Assembly: GCA_947566645.1 (NCBI GenBank)
Contig: CANOKL010000012.1
Span: forward strand, 21,951 to 85,950
Length of the DNA stretch: 64,000 bases
Direction: 5' to 3'
Source of the DNA: an uncultured Lachnospiraceae bacterium
Lineage (GTDB): Bacteria > Bacillota > Clostridia > Lachnospirales > Lachnospiraceae
Positions 16,606 to 25,540 of this stretch are shown one piece after another. Position numbers and translations under genes: made by a program. Numbering within the stretch: position 1 is the first letter of the stretch; the number at the start of each line of letters is the position of its first letter. The notes below the pieces were generated by a model. The model was not told the origin of the DNA. It did no database searches and saw only the letters and a list, made by a program, of their open reading frames with translations.

Positions 16606-17463
16606 ATGAAATTTTCTATTATCACAATGTCGGATTATGCCGCAGGAATCTTAAAAAAATCAAAAAACGGAGTCGTACATTCCGTTTACCGGAAAACCAT
16701 CAATCTCAGCCTCGGAAAGGAACTCATAGCACTTCAGGCCGTAGATTCGCCTCTGTCTCCCATCAGCCTGATTACAGAGCTTTCTGCGCATGATATGGAG
16801 CTCCTCTCCATAAAAGCAGGAACCCCTGTACACCTGTCAGGAAGCCAGATAGAAATCTGCTCTCCAGAGAAATCCTGTGTCATCTCCTGTGCCGGCGCAG
16901 ACAGACACAATCTTCTGCTTCGCCCTGTAGATGCACCCAAGACCGGGGAATTCCGCCTGTATCTGGCCGGAAGCATAAATGCGGTTCTCTCAGGCACAGA
17001 AACAGGCGGCTTTGATTCCATATTTTATGGGGAACCAGAAAGAGAACTGTCCCTGATCCTCCTTACAGCAAAAAAAATTATCAGGGAATGTGAAGAGCTG
17101 TACCGTCAGCAAAAATATCAGGAAGCCGGAAGCCGCCTGACCTCACTGATCGGCCTGGGAGGCGGGCTCACGCCGGGAGGCGATGATTTTCTGTGCGGGG
17201 TCCTGGCAGGGCTCACTCTGACAGGCCAGGAGAATCATGAATTTTGCCGGGCCTTAAGAGAAGGAATTTACAGCCGTCTTGCCGACACTGTGGATATCAG
17301 TGCCGCTTTTCTTTCCTGCGCCCTCAAAGGGCAGTACAGCCTGGCCGTCAATACACTGAGGCACCAGCCTTCCCCTGGAGAAATTCTTTCTATGTTCTCA
17401 AAAATCGGACATTCCTCCGGAATTGATACCCTGTGCGGAGTCCTCTATGCATTAAAGCTATAG
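16606..17463 (+). CDS. DUF2877 / YlbF-like protein
   Basis: ORF track 16576-17463. The likelier start is MKFSIITM (16606), 9 nt after GAAAGGGGA. Motifs GLGGGLTPGGDDFLCGVLAG and IGHSSGIDTLCG are typical of the family as I recall it. Confidence 0.6.
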   Translation: MKFSIITMSDYAAGILKKSKNGVVHSVYRKTINLSLGKELIALQAVDSPLSPISLITELSAHDMELLSIKAGTPVHLSGSQIEICSPEKSCVISCAGADRHNLLLRPVDAPKTGEFRLYLAGSINAVLSGTETGGFDSIFYGEPERELSLILLTAKKIIRECEELYRQQKYQEAGSRLTSLIGLGGGLTPGGDDFLCGVLAGLTLTGQENHEFCRALREGIYSRLADTVDISAAFLSCALKGQYSLAVNTLRHQPSPGEILSMFSKIGHSSGIDTLCGVLYALKL

Positions 17464-17505
17464 TGTGAATAGTAACTGAATCACATTCTTACGGAATGCG
17501 CGGTC

Positions 17506-17534
17506 TTGAATCTTGTTTCAATATGTGTTAAATT
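17506..17534 (+). promoter_or_regulatory. candidate promoter (extended -10) for the IbrA/IbrB-like pair
   Basis: TTGAAT (17506-17511), 17-nt spacer ending in TGT, then TAAATT (17529-17534), about 65 nt before the start at 17598. Confidence 0.3.
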
Positions 17535-17597
17535 ATTTTACAGGCACTGGAAATTTTTACCATATTTATTCACAAAAGATCGTGGGGTGTTTAAAAC

Positions 17598-18929
17598 TTG
17601 GAACGTGAATACTTAAGTGAAAATGTTTATGAGGCATTTTTAAAGCGGATGAAACTTATTTTTGAGGAATTTGACAATATCTATATCTCCTTTTCAGGCG
17701 GAAAAGACAGCGGGCTGCTTCTTAATATGGTACTGGATTACCAGCGGAAGCATTTCCCATGGAAAAGGCTTGGTGTCTTCCACCAGGACTTTGAAGCCCA
17801 GTACACTGTGACCACCGAATATGTAGAACGGACTTTTGAAAGCATTAAGCATGAAGTGGAACCTTACTGGGTCTGCCTCCCCATGGCTACAAGGACTGCG
17901 CTGAGCAGCTACGAAATGTACTGGTATCCCTGGGATGACAAGAAAAAAAGCGCCTGGGTACGCAAGATGCCTGATAAGGAATACGTCATCAATCTGGAGA
18001 ATAATCCCATGTTTACCTATCACTATAAAATGCATCAGGAGGATCTGGCCAAGCAGTTCGGCCGATGGTACCGCATGTCCCATGGGAGGAAGAAAACGGT
18101 CTGTCTTCTCGGCATCCGCGCCGATGAGTCCCTGCAGCGGTACAGCGGCGTCTTAAATAAGAAATACGGCTACAAGGATGAATGCTGGATTACAAAACAG
18201 TTCAAGGACGTGTGGTGCGCCTCACCTTTGTATGACTGGTCCACAGAGGATATCTGGCATGCAAATTATTTATTCCAGTATGACTATAATCATCTGTACG
18301 ATCTCTATTATAAGGCCGGACTTACGGTGTCACAAATGCGTGTAGCTTCTCCATTCAATGATTACTCTAAAGATTCCCTGAACCTGTACCGGGTTATTGA
18401 CCCCGAAATCTGGGTAAAGCTTGTGGGGAGGGTCCGCGGAGCAAATTTCGGTGCCCTCTACGGCAGGACAAAGGCCATGGGCTACCGGAATGTTACACTT
18501 CCTGCGGGCCATACATGGAAATCCTACACAATGTTCCTTCTTGACACTCTTCCGGCGAGACTGCGCAACAATTATGCCAAAAAGTTCAACTCTTCCATTG
18601 AGTTCTGGCATAAAACCGGAGGCGGCCTTGATGAGGAGACGATTGAAGAGCTGGAAGAGCATGGATACAAGATTAAAAGAAACGGTGTTTCAAACTATAC
18701 TTTAAACAAAAAGTCCAGGATTATATTTCTGGAAAGTATTCCCGACAATACAGATGACATCAAATCCTCCAGGGACGTCCCCAGCTGGAAGCGTATGTGC
18801 TACTGCATTCTGAAAAACGACCATATCTGCCGCTTCATGGGTTTTGGCATGAACCGGGAGCAGCAAAAGAGAATCAATGAAATAAAAGAAAAATACAAAG
18901 GTATTGAGGAGATGAATTATGATGCGTAA
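17598..18929 (+). CDS. PP-loop PAPS-reductase-like protein with DUF3440-like C-terminal domain (IbrA-like)
   Basis: ORF track 443 aa (TTG start; an in-frame ATG lies 17 codons in). PP-loop ISFSGGKDSGLLL; C-terminal ...PSWKRMCYCILKNDHICRFMGFG. Confidence 0.7.
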   Translation: MEREYLSENVYEAFLKRMKLIFEEFDNIYISFSGGKDSGLLLNMVLDYQRKHFPWKRLGVFHQDFEAQYTVTTEYVERTFESIKHEVEPYWVCLPMATRTALSSYEMYWYPWDDKKKSAWVRKMPDKEYVINLENNPMFTYHYKMHQEDLAKQFGRWYRMSHGRKKTVCLLGIRADESLQRYSGVLNKKYGYKDECWITKQFKDVWCASPLYDWSTEDIWHANYLFQYDYNHLYDLYYKAGLTVSQMRVASPFNDYSKDSLNLYRVIDPEIWVKLVGRVRGANFGALYGRTKAMGYRNVTLPAGHTWKSYTMFLLDTLPARLRNNYAKKFNSSIEFWHKTGGGLDEETIEELEEHGYKIKRNGVSNYTLNKKSRIIFLESIPDNTDDIKSSRDVPSWKRMCYCILKNDHICRFMGFGMNREQQKRINEIKEKYKGIEEMNYDA

Positions 18930-19485
18930 GAGTCCTGTCTACAGTGTAACCGCTGTGCCAATTGAAAAGATTAAGCCAAACACCTATAATCCCAACACCG
19001 TTGCCCCTCCCGAAATGCGGCTTCTCTATGACAGCATTAAGGCAGACGGATATACCATGCCCGTTGTATGCTATTATGATAAGGAGGATGACAGCTATAT
19101 TATTGTAGACGGATTCCACCGCTACCGCATCATGCTGGAATATCCGGATATATACGAACGGGAGCACGGGCTTCTCCCTGTCTCTGTCATCAACAAGCCC
19201 CTGGATCACAGAATGGCAAGCACCATCCGTCATAACCGCGCCAGGGGAAGTCATGATGTGGATCTGATGAGCAATATTGTACGGGAGCTGCATGAATTAG
19301 GACGCTCAGATGCATGGATCTCAAAGCATCTGGGAATGGATAAGGATGAGATTCTAAGACTGAAACAGATTACAGGCTTAGCCGCTTTATTTAAAGACAT
19401 CAACTTTGGCATGGCCTGGCGGCCTGCCGATACGGATAAGTCGGATAAAGCTGACGATAAGGGGACGGGGCATTTTTCGCCATAG
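18919..19485 (+). CDS. ParB/sulfiredoxin-fold protein (IbrB-like)
   Basis: ORF track 188 aa. It overlaps the upstream CDS by 11 nt. Motifs: IEKIKPNTYNPN, IVDGFHRYRI, IRHNRARGSH. The C-terminal GTGHFSP comes from repeat copy 4. Confidence 0.7.
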   Translation: MMRKSPVYSVTAVPIEKIKPNTYNPNTVAPPEMRLLYDSIKADGYTMPVVCYYDKEDDSYIIVDGFHRYRIMLEYPDIYEREHGLLPVSVINKPLDHRMASTIRHNRARGSHDVDLMSNIVRELHELGRSDAWISKHLGMDKDEILRLKQITGLAALFKDINFGMAWRPADTDKSDKADDKGTGHFSP

Positions 19486-19540
19486 CGCACCTCAAAGGCT
19501 CCAGTGGAGCGTTTGAGGTGAAAAATACCCCGTCCCCAAT
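19459..19540. repeat. composite copy of the palindromic element split by a 43-bp nested hairpin, copy 4
   Basis: GGGGACGGGGCATTTTT + CGCCATAGCGCACCTCAAAGGCTCCAGTGGAGCGTTTGAGGTG + AAAAATACCCCGTCCCC. The insert carries a CACCTCAAA/TTTGAGGTG stem with an inner GCTCC/GGAGC stem. Confidence 0.8.
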
Positions 19541-19544
19541 TGCA

Positions 19545-20513
19545 CTATTTGTCAAGGAGATGGCATGCTGCCATATGTCCTGGAGCAACCTCACGGAGCT
19601 TCGGCATCTCCGAAAAGCACCGGTCTGTGGCATACTGGCATCTCTCGGCAAATCTGCAGCAGTTCTTCGGATTAATGGGACTTGGAATCTCACCCTTAAT
19701 CGGAATACGCTCATTGGCCTTTGCCTTCTTCGGATCCGCCTCCGGAATGGCTGAAAGCAGCGCCTTTGTGTACGGATGAACCGGATTTGCATAGAGTTCC
19801 TCCGTCTCCGCAGTTTCCACCAGTGTTCCAAGGTACATTACCACAACCCTGTCTGAGATATATTTTACAACGCTTAAGTCATGCGCAATGAACAGATAGG
19901 TAAGCCCCATGGTCTCCTGCAGATTCTTCAGCATATTGATAACCTGCGCCTGGATGGATACGTCCAGTGCGGAGATCGGCTCATCGCAGATAATGAATTC
20001 CGGGTCAACCGAAAGGGCACGGGCAATGCCGATCCTCTGTCTCTGTCCGCCGGAGAATTCGTGGGGGAACCTTGACATATGGTCCTTGTTAAGGCCTACG
20101 GTCTCCAGGAGAGCCTCCACCTTCTTGTCCACTTCCTCCCGGGACATTCCATGCTGCTTAAGACCCTCGCCTACAATCTCCTTTACTGTCATACGGGGAT
20201 TCAGGGATGCATAAGGATTCTGGAAGATCATCTGCACCTTTTTACAGAATGCCTTCTGCTCCTCCTTCGAAAGCTTTGTAATATCCTTCCCGTCATAGAT
20301 TACCTGGCCTTTTGTAGGCTCATACAGACGAATCATACATCTTCCGGTTGTAGACTTTCCACACCCGGATTCCCCAACCAGACTGACTGTCTCGCCTTTA
20401 TAGATATCGAAGCTCACCCCGTCTACTGCTTTGAGCTCCGCCGTGCGGCTGACGTGGAAATACTTACATAATTCCTTTACCTGTACGAGAGGCTGTTTTG
20501 TCTCATTTGCCAT
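19545..20513 (-). CDS. Opp/Dpp-type ABC transporter ATP-binding protein (OppF-like)
   Basis: ORF track 322 aa. [24 protein letters not shown]. Confidence 0.85.
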   Translation of the reverse strand: MANETKQPLVQVKELCKYFHVSRTAELKAVDGVSFDIYKGETVSLVGESGCGKSTTGRCMIRLYEPTKGQVIYDGKDITKLSKEEQKAFCKKVQMIFQNPYASLNPRMTVKEIVGEGLKQHGMSREEVDKKVEALLETVGLNKDHMSRFPHEFSGGQRQRIGIARALSVDPEFIICDEPISALDVSIQAQVINMLKNLQETMGLTYLFIAHDLSVVKYISDRVVVMYLGTLVETAETEELYANPVHPYTKALLSAIPEADPKKAKANERIPIKGEIPSPINPKNCCRFAERCQYATDRCFSEMPKLREVAPGHMAACHLLDK

Positions 20514-21550
20514 TATCTTACCTCTCCTTTCTTCTCCGGTTTTTTCTTCATATCATTATCCGGCGCCATCTCATGCTGCAGCCAGCAGCAGGTTGCATGC
20601 TCATCCGTAAGCTGGTATACTTCCGGAGGCATCTCATTGCAGACGTCCATACAGTAGTCGCATCTTGCTGCAAACGGACATCCGACCGGAGGGGAGAACA
20701 GATCCGGAGGAGTTCCCTCAATAGGCTGAAGCTTCTCACCCTTAGCTGTGTCAAGCTTTGCGATCGAATTCATCAGTCCCTTCGTGTATGGATGCGCCGT
20801 ATCATAGAACAGCTCATCTGCCGTACCTCTCTCTACAACCTTCCCGCCATACATTACAATAACGCGGTCACAGAGTCTTGCGATGACGCCCAGGTCGTGA
20901 GTAATCATGATGATAGATGTTCCAAGCTTCTCCCGAAGATCCAGCAGAAGATCCAGAATCTGCGCTTCGATTGTTACATCCAGTGAAGTTGTGGGCTCAT
21001 CACAGATGATCAGGCTCGGGCGGCTTACGAGAGCAATGGCGATCATAATACGCTGCTTCATACCACCGGATAATTCATGGGGATACTGTCTGTAACGCTT
21101 CTCTACATCAGAGATTCCTACCAGCTTCATAATCTCAAGGGCGCGGTCCTTTACTTCCTTTTTCGTCACACCCGTACGTCCCAGGAATACCTCCTCAATC
21201 TGCGCTCCGACTCTCATGGTCGGATTCAGAGAGGTCATGGGATCCTGAAATACAAAGCCAATCTCCCCGCCTCTGATCTTGCGGATCTCCTTATTGGACA
21301 TCTTTAAGATATCCTGGCCCTTAAAGAGGATCTCTCCGCCTCCGAAGAATCCTGGCGGTTCCGGGTTCAGCCTCAGGATGCACTGGGCGGTTACGCTCTT
21401 TCCACAGCCGGATTCCCCCACAATACCCAGGATCTCTCCCTTGCGGACCTCAAAGCTTACATCCCGCACTGCCTTAACCTCTCCGCCGTAGGTATGGAAG
21501 GAATATACTACATTTTTTAATTCAAGAATGTTTTCTTTTTCTGCCATCAT
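20513..21550 (-). CDS. Opp/Dpp-type ABC transporter ATP-binding protein (OppD-like)
   Basis: ORF track 345 aa. [24 protein letters not shown]. Confidence 0.85.
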   Translation of the reverse strand: MMAEKENILELKNVVYSFHTYGGEVKAVRDVSFEVRKGEILGIVGESGCGKSVTAQCILRLNPEPPGFFGGGEILFKGQDILKMSNKEIRKIRGGEIGFVFQDPMTSLNPTMRVGAQIEEVFLGRTGVTKKEVKDRALEIMKLVGISDVEKRYRQYPHELSGGMKQRIMIAIALVSRPSLIICDEPTTSLDVTIEAQILDLLLDLREKLGTSIIMITHDLGVIARLCDRVIVMYGGKVVERGTADELFYDTAHPYTKGLMNSIAKLDTAKGEKLQPIEGTPPDLFSPPVGCPFAARCDYCMDVCNEMPPEVYQLTDEHATCCWLQHEMAPDNDMKKKPEKKGEVR

Positions 21551-21559
21551 TCGCTCCTC

Positions 21560-22492
21560 CTATTCCGTTCCCCGAAGCTTCGGGTCAACTGCATCCCGCA
21601 TACCGTCACCCAGAAGATTCAGCGCAAGCATCGTAGTACAGATAAAGAATGCAGGAATAATAATCTCATGGGGATGAATCCTGAGATACTGGATTCCCTC
21701 TTTTGCAAGAACTCCCCAGCTGCAGTTCGGCGGTGCAATACCAAGGCCTATGTAGCTTAAGAACGCCTCCTGGAAGATCGCTCCCGGAATTGCCATACAG
21801 AGATTCGTAACAAGCATTCCAAGAATATTCGGAATTATGTGACGAATAATGATAATAAAGTCCGGGATGCCAAGCACCTTCGCTGCCATGACAAAATCCT
21901 GCTCCTTCAGCCGGTATACCTCACCCCGGACAAAGCGGCAGGTTCCGATCCATCCTACCACGCAGAGAGCGATAATCAGCGGCGCCACGCCTTTACCCAG
22001 AACCAGCATAACGAGAATGGTAATAATCAGGCTCGGAATACCATATAAAATATCTACCACACGCATCATAATCATATCCAGTTTCCCGCCGTAATATCCA
22101 CACAGGCCTCCAATCACAGCGCCCACGCACATATTAATGAATGCGGAAAACAGACCAATTGCAAGAGACGTCCTCGCCCCCATCCAGATACGTACCCACT
22201 GGTCACGTCCTGTAGCATCACATCCAAGCCAGTGGGCTGCCGACGGACTGGCATGCATCGCAGCAGTATCCATGTCAGAAAATCCATATTTACTGAACAT
22301 AGGAGCAAAAACAGCAAGCAGTGCATAGAGGACAATAATACATAATCCGACAAATGCCGCACGGTTTTTCCGAAGTCTTCTCCACGCATCCTGCCAGAAG
22401 GAGAGTGACGGCCTGCTGATGGATTCCATCTTCGTTATGTTCTTTCCTTTTATTACAAACATATCCTTATTAAGTTCTGCCATCCTGCCCAC
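21560..22492 (-). CDS. Opp/Dpp-type ABC permease (OppC-like)
   Basis: ORF track 310 aa, multi-TM. The position and order are typical of SBP-B-C-D-F operons. Confidence 0.8.
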   Translation of the reverse strand: MGRMAELNKDMFVIKGKNITKMESISRPSLSFWQDAWRRLRKNRAAFVGLCIIVLYALLAVFAPMFSKYGFSDMDTAAMHASPSAAHWLGCDATGRDQWVRIWMGARTSLAIGLFSAFINMCVGAVIGGLCGYYGGKLDMIMMRVVDILYGIPSLIITILVMLVLGKGVAPLIIALCVVGWIGTCRFVRGEVYRLKEQDFVMAAKVLGIPDFIIIIRHIIPNILGMLVTNLCMAIPGAIFQEAFLSYIGLGIAPPNCSWGVLAKEGIQYLRIHPHEIIIPAFFICTTMLALNLLGDGMRDAVDPKLRGTE

Positions 22493-23413
22493 CTACCTTT
22501 TTCCAATACGTACACGCGGATCAGCCACGCCGTACAGAATATCAACTATTAAGTTACAAAGCACGAGGAAGCAGCCATAGAACACCGTCATTCCAAGGAT
22601 CATGGCATAGTCATTGTTATTGACACTTTCCACGTAATATTTACCCATTCCGGGGATTGCAAAGATCGCCTCAATTACGAATGTACCAGTCAGTACGGAC
22701 GCCACCGTAGGGCCAAGAACCGTCATAACCGGCATAATTGCGTTGCGGATCTGATGCTTGCACGTAATGCGCAGCTCTGACAATCCTTTTGAACGGGCCG
22801 TCTTGATATAATCCTGGGATGTTACCTCCAGCATACTGGAACGCATAATACGCGAGACAGAAGCAAGCGTATAGAACGCCAGGGCGCAGGCAGGCAGAAT
22901 TGTATATTCAAAGCCAAGATATTTTGCCACCGGAAGCAGGCCCCACTTAATTCCAAAGAAATACTGGAGAAGGGCTCCCATAATAAAATCCGGAATACTG
23001 GTGCCGACAATTGCGATGAGCACGCAGGCAAAGTCTAATTTTTTCCCTCTGTTCCTTGCGGCTATAATACCGAGCACCAGACCTATGGAAACCGCAAGGC
23101 ACAGTGCACGGATACCGAGATCCGCAGAAAATGGAAATGTCTGTCCTATAATATAGTTTACAGTTTTGTTCGTATATTTCATGGAATATCCAAAGTTACC
23201 ATGAAGCAGATTCCCCATATATGTAAAATACTGCTCTAAAATAGGTTTATCGAATCCATAATAAGAATTCATATTTTCCGCCACTTCTTTTGTAAGCTTT
23301 GCACTGGTAAAGGGTTCACCCGGCATCAGTCGAACCAGGAAAAACACGATCGTCACCAGGGCAAATACTGTCAGTATCGCAGCGACCACTCGTTTTGTGA
23401 CATACTTAAGCAT
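22493..23413 (-). CDS. Opp/Dpp-type ABC permease (OppB-like)
   Basis: ORF track 306 aa. MLKYVTKRV... N-terminus and BPD-type permease pattern. Confidence 0.8.
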   Translation of the reverse strand: MLKYVTKRVVAAILTVFALVTIVFFLVRLMPGEPFTSAKLTKEVAENMNSYYGFDKPILEQYFTYMGNLLHGNFGYSMKYTNKTVNYIIGQTFPFSADLGIRALCLAVSIGLVLGIIAARNRGKKLDFACVLIAIVGTSIPDFIMGALLQYFFGIKWGLLPVAKYLGFEYTILPACALAFYTLASVSRIMRSSMLEVTSQDYIKTARSKGLSELRITCKHQIRNAIMPVMTVLGPTVASVLTGTFVIEAIFAIPGMGKYYVESVNNNDYAMILGMTVFYGCFLVLCNLIVDILYGVADPRVRIGKR

Positions 23414-23503
23414 CCTTTATCCTCCTATGCAGATAGAATCATCTATTATAATCATTCCGGCAGGCCCTCCTCTCCGGGCTGCCTCCAGTCTATAGCAGAT
23501 ACG

Positions 23504-23548
23504 AAAAAAAGATTCAGAAAAGGACGAACATTCCTTCTTTCCTGAATC
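23504..23548 (-). terminator. intra-operon intrinsic terminator/attenuator after the binding-protein gene
   Basis: The minus strand reads GATTCAGGAAAGAAGGA-ATGTTCG-TCCTTTTCTGAATC followed by TTTTTTT. A second perfect 9-bp hairpin lies at 23640-23664, right after the stop. Confidence 0.5.
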
Positions 23549-23682
23549 CCCTTTTCACCATGATGCCCGGCAGGCCTTAAGATCCTGTCTAAAAGCCCGC
23601 CTGACACATTCCTAATACTCAAAATATCATGCTGCCGGCCAGACGTCACCGTTTATGACGTCTGAACTGGCACTGGCTGATA

Positions 23683-25335
23683 TTATTGTGCAACATCTGC
23701 ATATACCCAGTCGATGTTAAGGCTGCAGTAATAGAAGTTAATTCCTGTTGTATCTTCGTCAAGCATATAGAAGATATTTCTTGCCTGAAGCGGTACGAAA
23801 GCGCCCTCGTCAAGAATCAGCTGCTCTGCTTCTTTCAGCATATCCATACGCTTGTCTGTATCAGTTTCTTTCTGTGTAGCTACAAGGAGTTCGTCCAGAT
23901 CCTTGTTCACAAACTGGCTGTAGTTATAAGAGCTGTCGCCCTTGAAAAGCTCTACATAGCTGTATGGGTCGTCATAGTCTGCGCCCCATCCGCCGTAACC
24001 AACTTCAAAGTCGTGCTCCGGGAATACATTGCCATAAATCTCTGAATAGGTTACCTGACGGATCTTTACCTTGATTCCCAGTGATTTCTGCCAGAGCTCC
24101 TGAATAACCTCAGCAATCTTCTTGCTGGACTCTGCATCTGTTGTAGTAAGCTCAATCTCAATATCTCCAGGAGATGCGATGTTCAGCTCCTTCATAGCAG
24201 CATCCAGATGAGATTTTGCCTGCTCCTGGTCGCCCTCGATCGGGTAGGACTTCATCTCATAAGTCTCACCATATGTCTTGCCCTTTGCCTGCAGTCCCGG
24301 GAATACCAGTCCGTTAAACGGCTCGTAGATTCCAGTATTTGCAAGGTCATTGTATTCCTTACGGCTAATTGCATAATTCAGAGCCAGACGGAAGTCCTTA
24401 TTCTGAAGAACCTTGTTCTCACTCTGTGAGTTAATGTAGCAGAAGTCAACGTTACCGTTCATGAACTTCTCAGCCTTGTCCTGATAATCCGGTACATATG
24501 CTGACGGAACCATAACGTAATCCAGGTCTCCGGCCTCATACATGGAAAGCTGTGTATCCGGCTTCTCAACATAAGAAAGCTCACATCTGTCAAGCTTAAT
24601 GGAATCAACATCCCAGTAGTTCTCATTCTTCTCGAAGATATACTCATTGTTCTCAGACTTTGTCATCTTGAACGGTCCTGAGTAAACATTCTTGTCTGCT
24701 GTTGCGGCAAAATCTGTGCCATACTTCTCTACAATATCCTGACGAAGCGGCGCGTACTGTCCTGATGAACCAATCAGACTTAAGAAATAAGAGGTCGGAT
24801 TCTCAAGCGTAACCTCTAAGGTCTTGTCATCAACTGCCTTTACACCAAGCTCTGACGGATCCTTCTCGCCGGTCTCAACCGCATAACCATTCTTCAGATA
24901 ATCTCCGATAAATGCATACGGGCTCGCTGTCTCCGGATCTACCAGTCTCTTCCAGCTGAACTCATAGTCAGCAGCCTTAATCGGCTCACCGTCGCTCCAC
25001 TTTGAATCACGTAAATGGAAGGTATATGTAAGGCCATCGTCGGAAATCTCCCATTTTTCAGCAATACCTGGTTTTACCTCACCTGCAGTATTACGGGTAA
25101 GGCCCTCTGTAATTGCATGCTGAATCTCATTATCACCTATGCTCTGTCCCTTGGTCGGGTCCAGAGTCGTCGGTTCGGTATTCGTCGCATAGCGGAATAC
25201 CTTCTCCCCAGAAGCAGCGCCGGAATCTCCCCCGCCCTCTCCTGAGTCTCCTCCTGTACTCGGCGTACTGCATCCTGTTACCATAGCAGCAGTCATAGCC
25301 AGAGTTAATAAAGCAGCTAATATTCTCTTCTTCAT
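23683..25335 (-). CDS. family-5 peptide/nickel-type ABC substrate-binding lipoprotein (OppA-like)
   Basis: ORF track 550 aa. Signal peptide with lipobox MVTGCS followed by a G/S-rich linker. Confidence 0.85.
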   Translation of the reverse strand: MKKRILAALLTLAMTAAMVTGCSTPSTGGDSGEGGGDSGAASGEKVFRYATNTEPTTLDPTKGQSIGDNEIQHAITEGLTRNTAGEVKPGIAEKWEISDDGLTYTFHLRDSKWSDGEPIKAADYEFSWKRLVDPETASPYAFIGDYLKNGYAVETGEKDPSELGVKAVDDKTLEVTLENPTSYFLSLIGSSGQYAPLRQDIVEKYGTDFAATADKNVYSGPFKMTKSENNEYIFEKNENYWDVDSIKLDRCELSYVEKPDTQLSMYEAGDLDYVMVPSAYVPDYQDKAEKFMNGNVDFCYINSQSENKVLQNKDFRLALNYAISRKEYNDLANTGIYEPFNGLVFPGLQAKGKTYGETYEMKSYPIEGDQEQAKSHLDAAMKELNIASPGDIEIELTTTDAESSKKIAEVIQELWQKSLGIKVKIRQVTYSEIYGNVFPEHDFEVGYGGWGADYDDPYSYVELFKGDSSYNYSQFVNKDLDELLVATQKETDTDKRMDMLKEAEQLILDEGAFVPLQARNIFYMLDEDTTGINFYYCSLNIDWVYADVAQ

Positions 25336-25463
25336 AAAATGAATTCCCTCCTTTTCTAAGTTCTATTAGCTTATATGTAGCACTAAACAGGAAATATAGA
25401 TTCCCTGGTTCTACCTTTAACGATTAAGTAAATCTTAACAAAAACTTAAAAAAATACAAATCC

Positions 25464-25492
25464 ATTTTAGCACTTTTCGAACAATTGGTCAA
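25464..25492 (-). promoter_or_regulatory. candidate sigma-A promoter of the ABC operon
   Basis: The minus strand reads TTGACC-17 nt-TAAAAT, about 125 nt upstream of ATG 25335. Confidence 0.45.
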
Positions 25493-25502
25493 GAAAATTA
25501 AT

Positions 25503-25540
25503 TGGGGACGGGGTATTTTTAAAAATACCCCGTCCCCAAT
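25503..25540. repeat. 38-bp perfect palindromic element, copy 5
   Basis: TTGGGGACGGGGTATTTTTAAAAATACCCCGTCCCCAA, flanked by AA/TT. It supplies LGTGYF and the stop of cbiC. Confidence 0.9.

Noticed and set aside
23414-23682. Three short CCGGCAGG/CTGCCGG-containing segments in the 269-nt spacer between the binding-protein and permease genes as an attenuation switch.
   Set aside because: The matches are only 7-10 nt. A conventional terminator (23504-23548) already explains the long spacer, and there is no evidence of conserved alternative pairing.
5878-25540. The palindromic elements as ordinary rho-independent terminators.
   Set aside because: The stem is very strong, but no U-tract directly follows it on either strand, and the AT run lies in the loop. 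A terminator or stabiliser role is possible but cannot be claimed from sequence alone.
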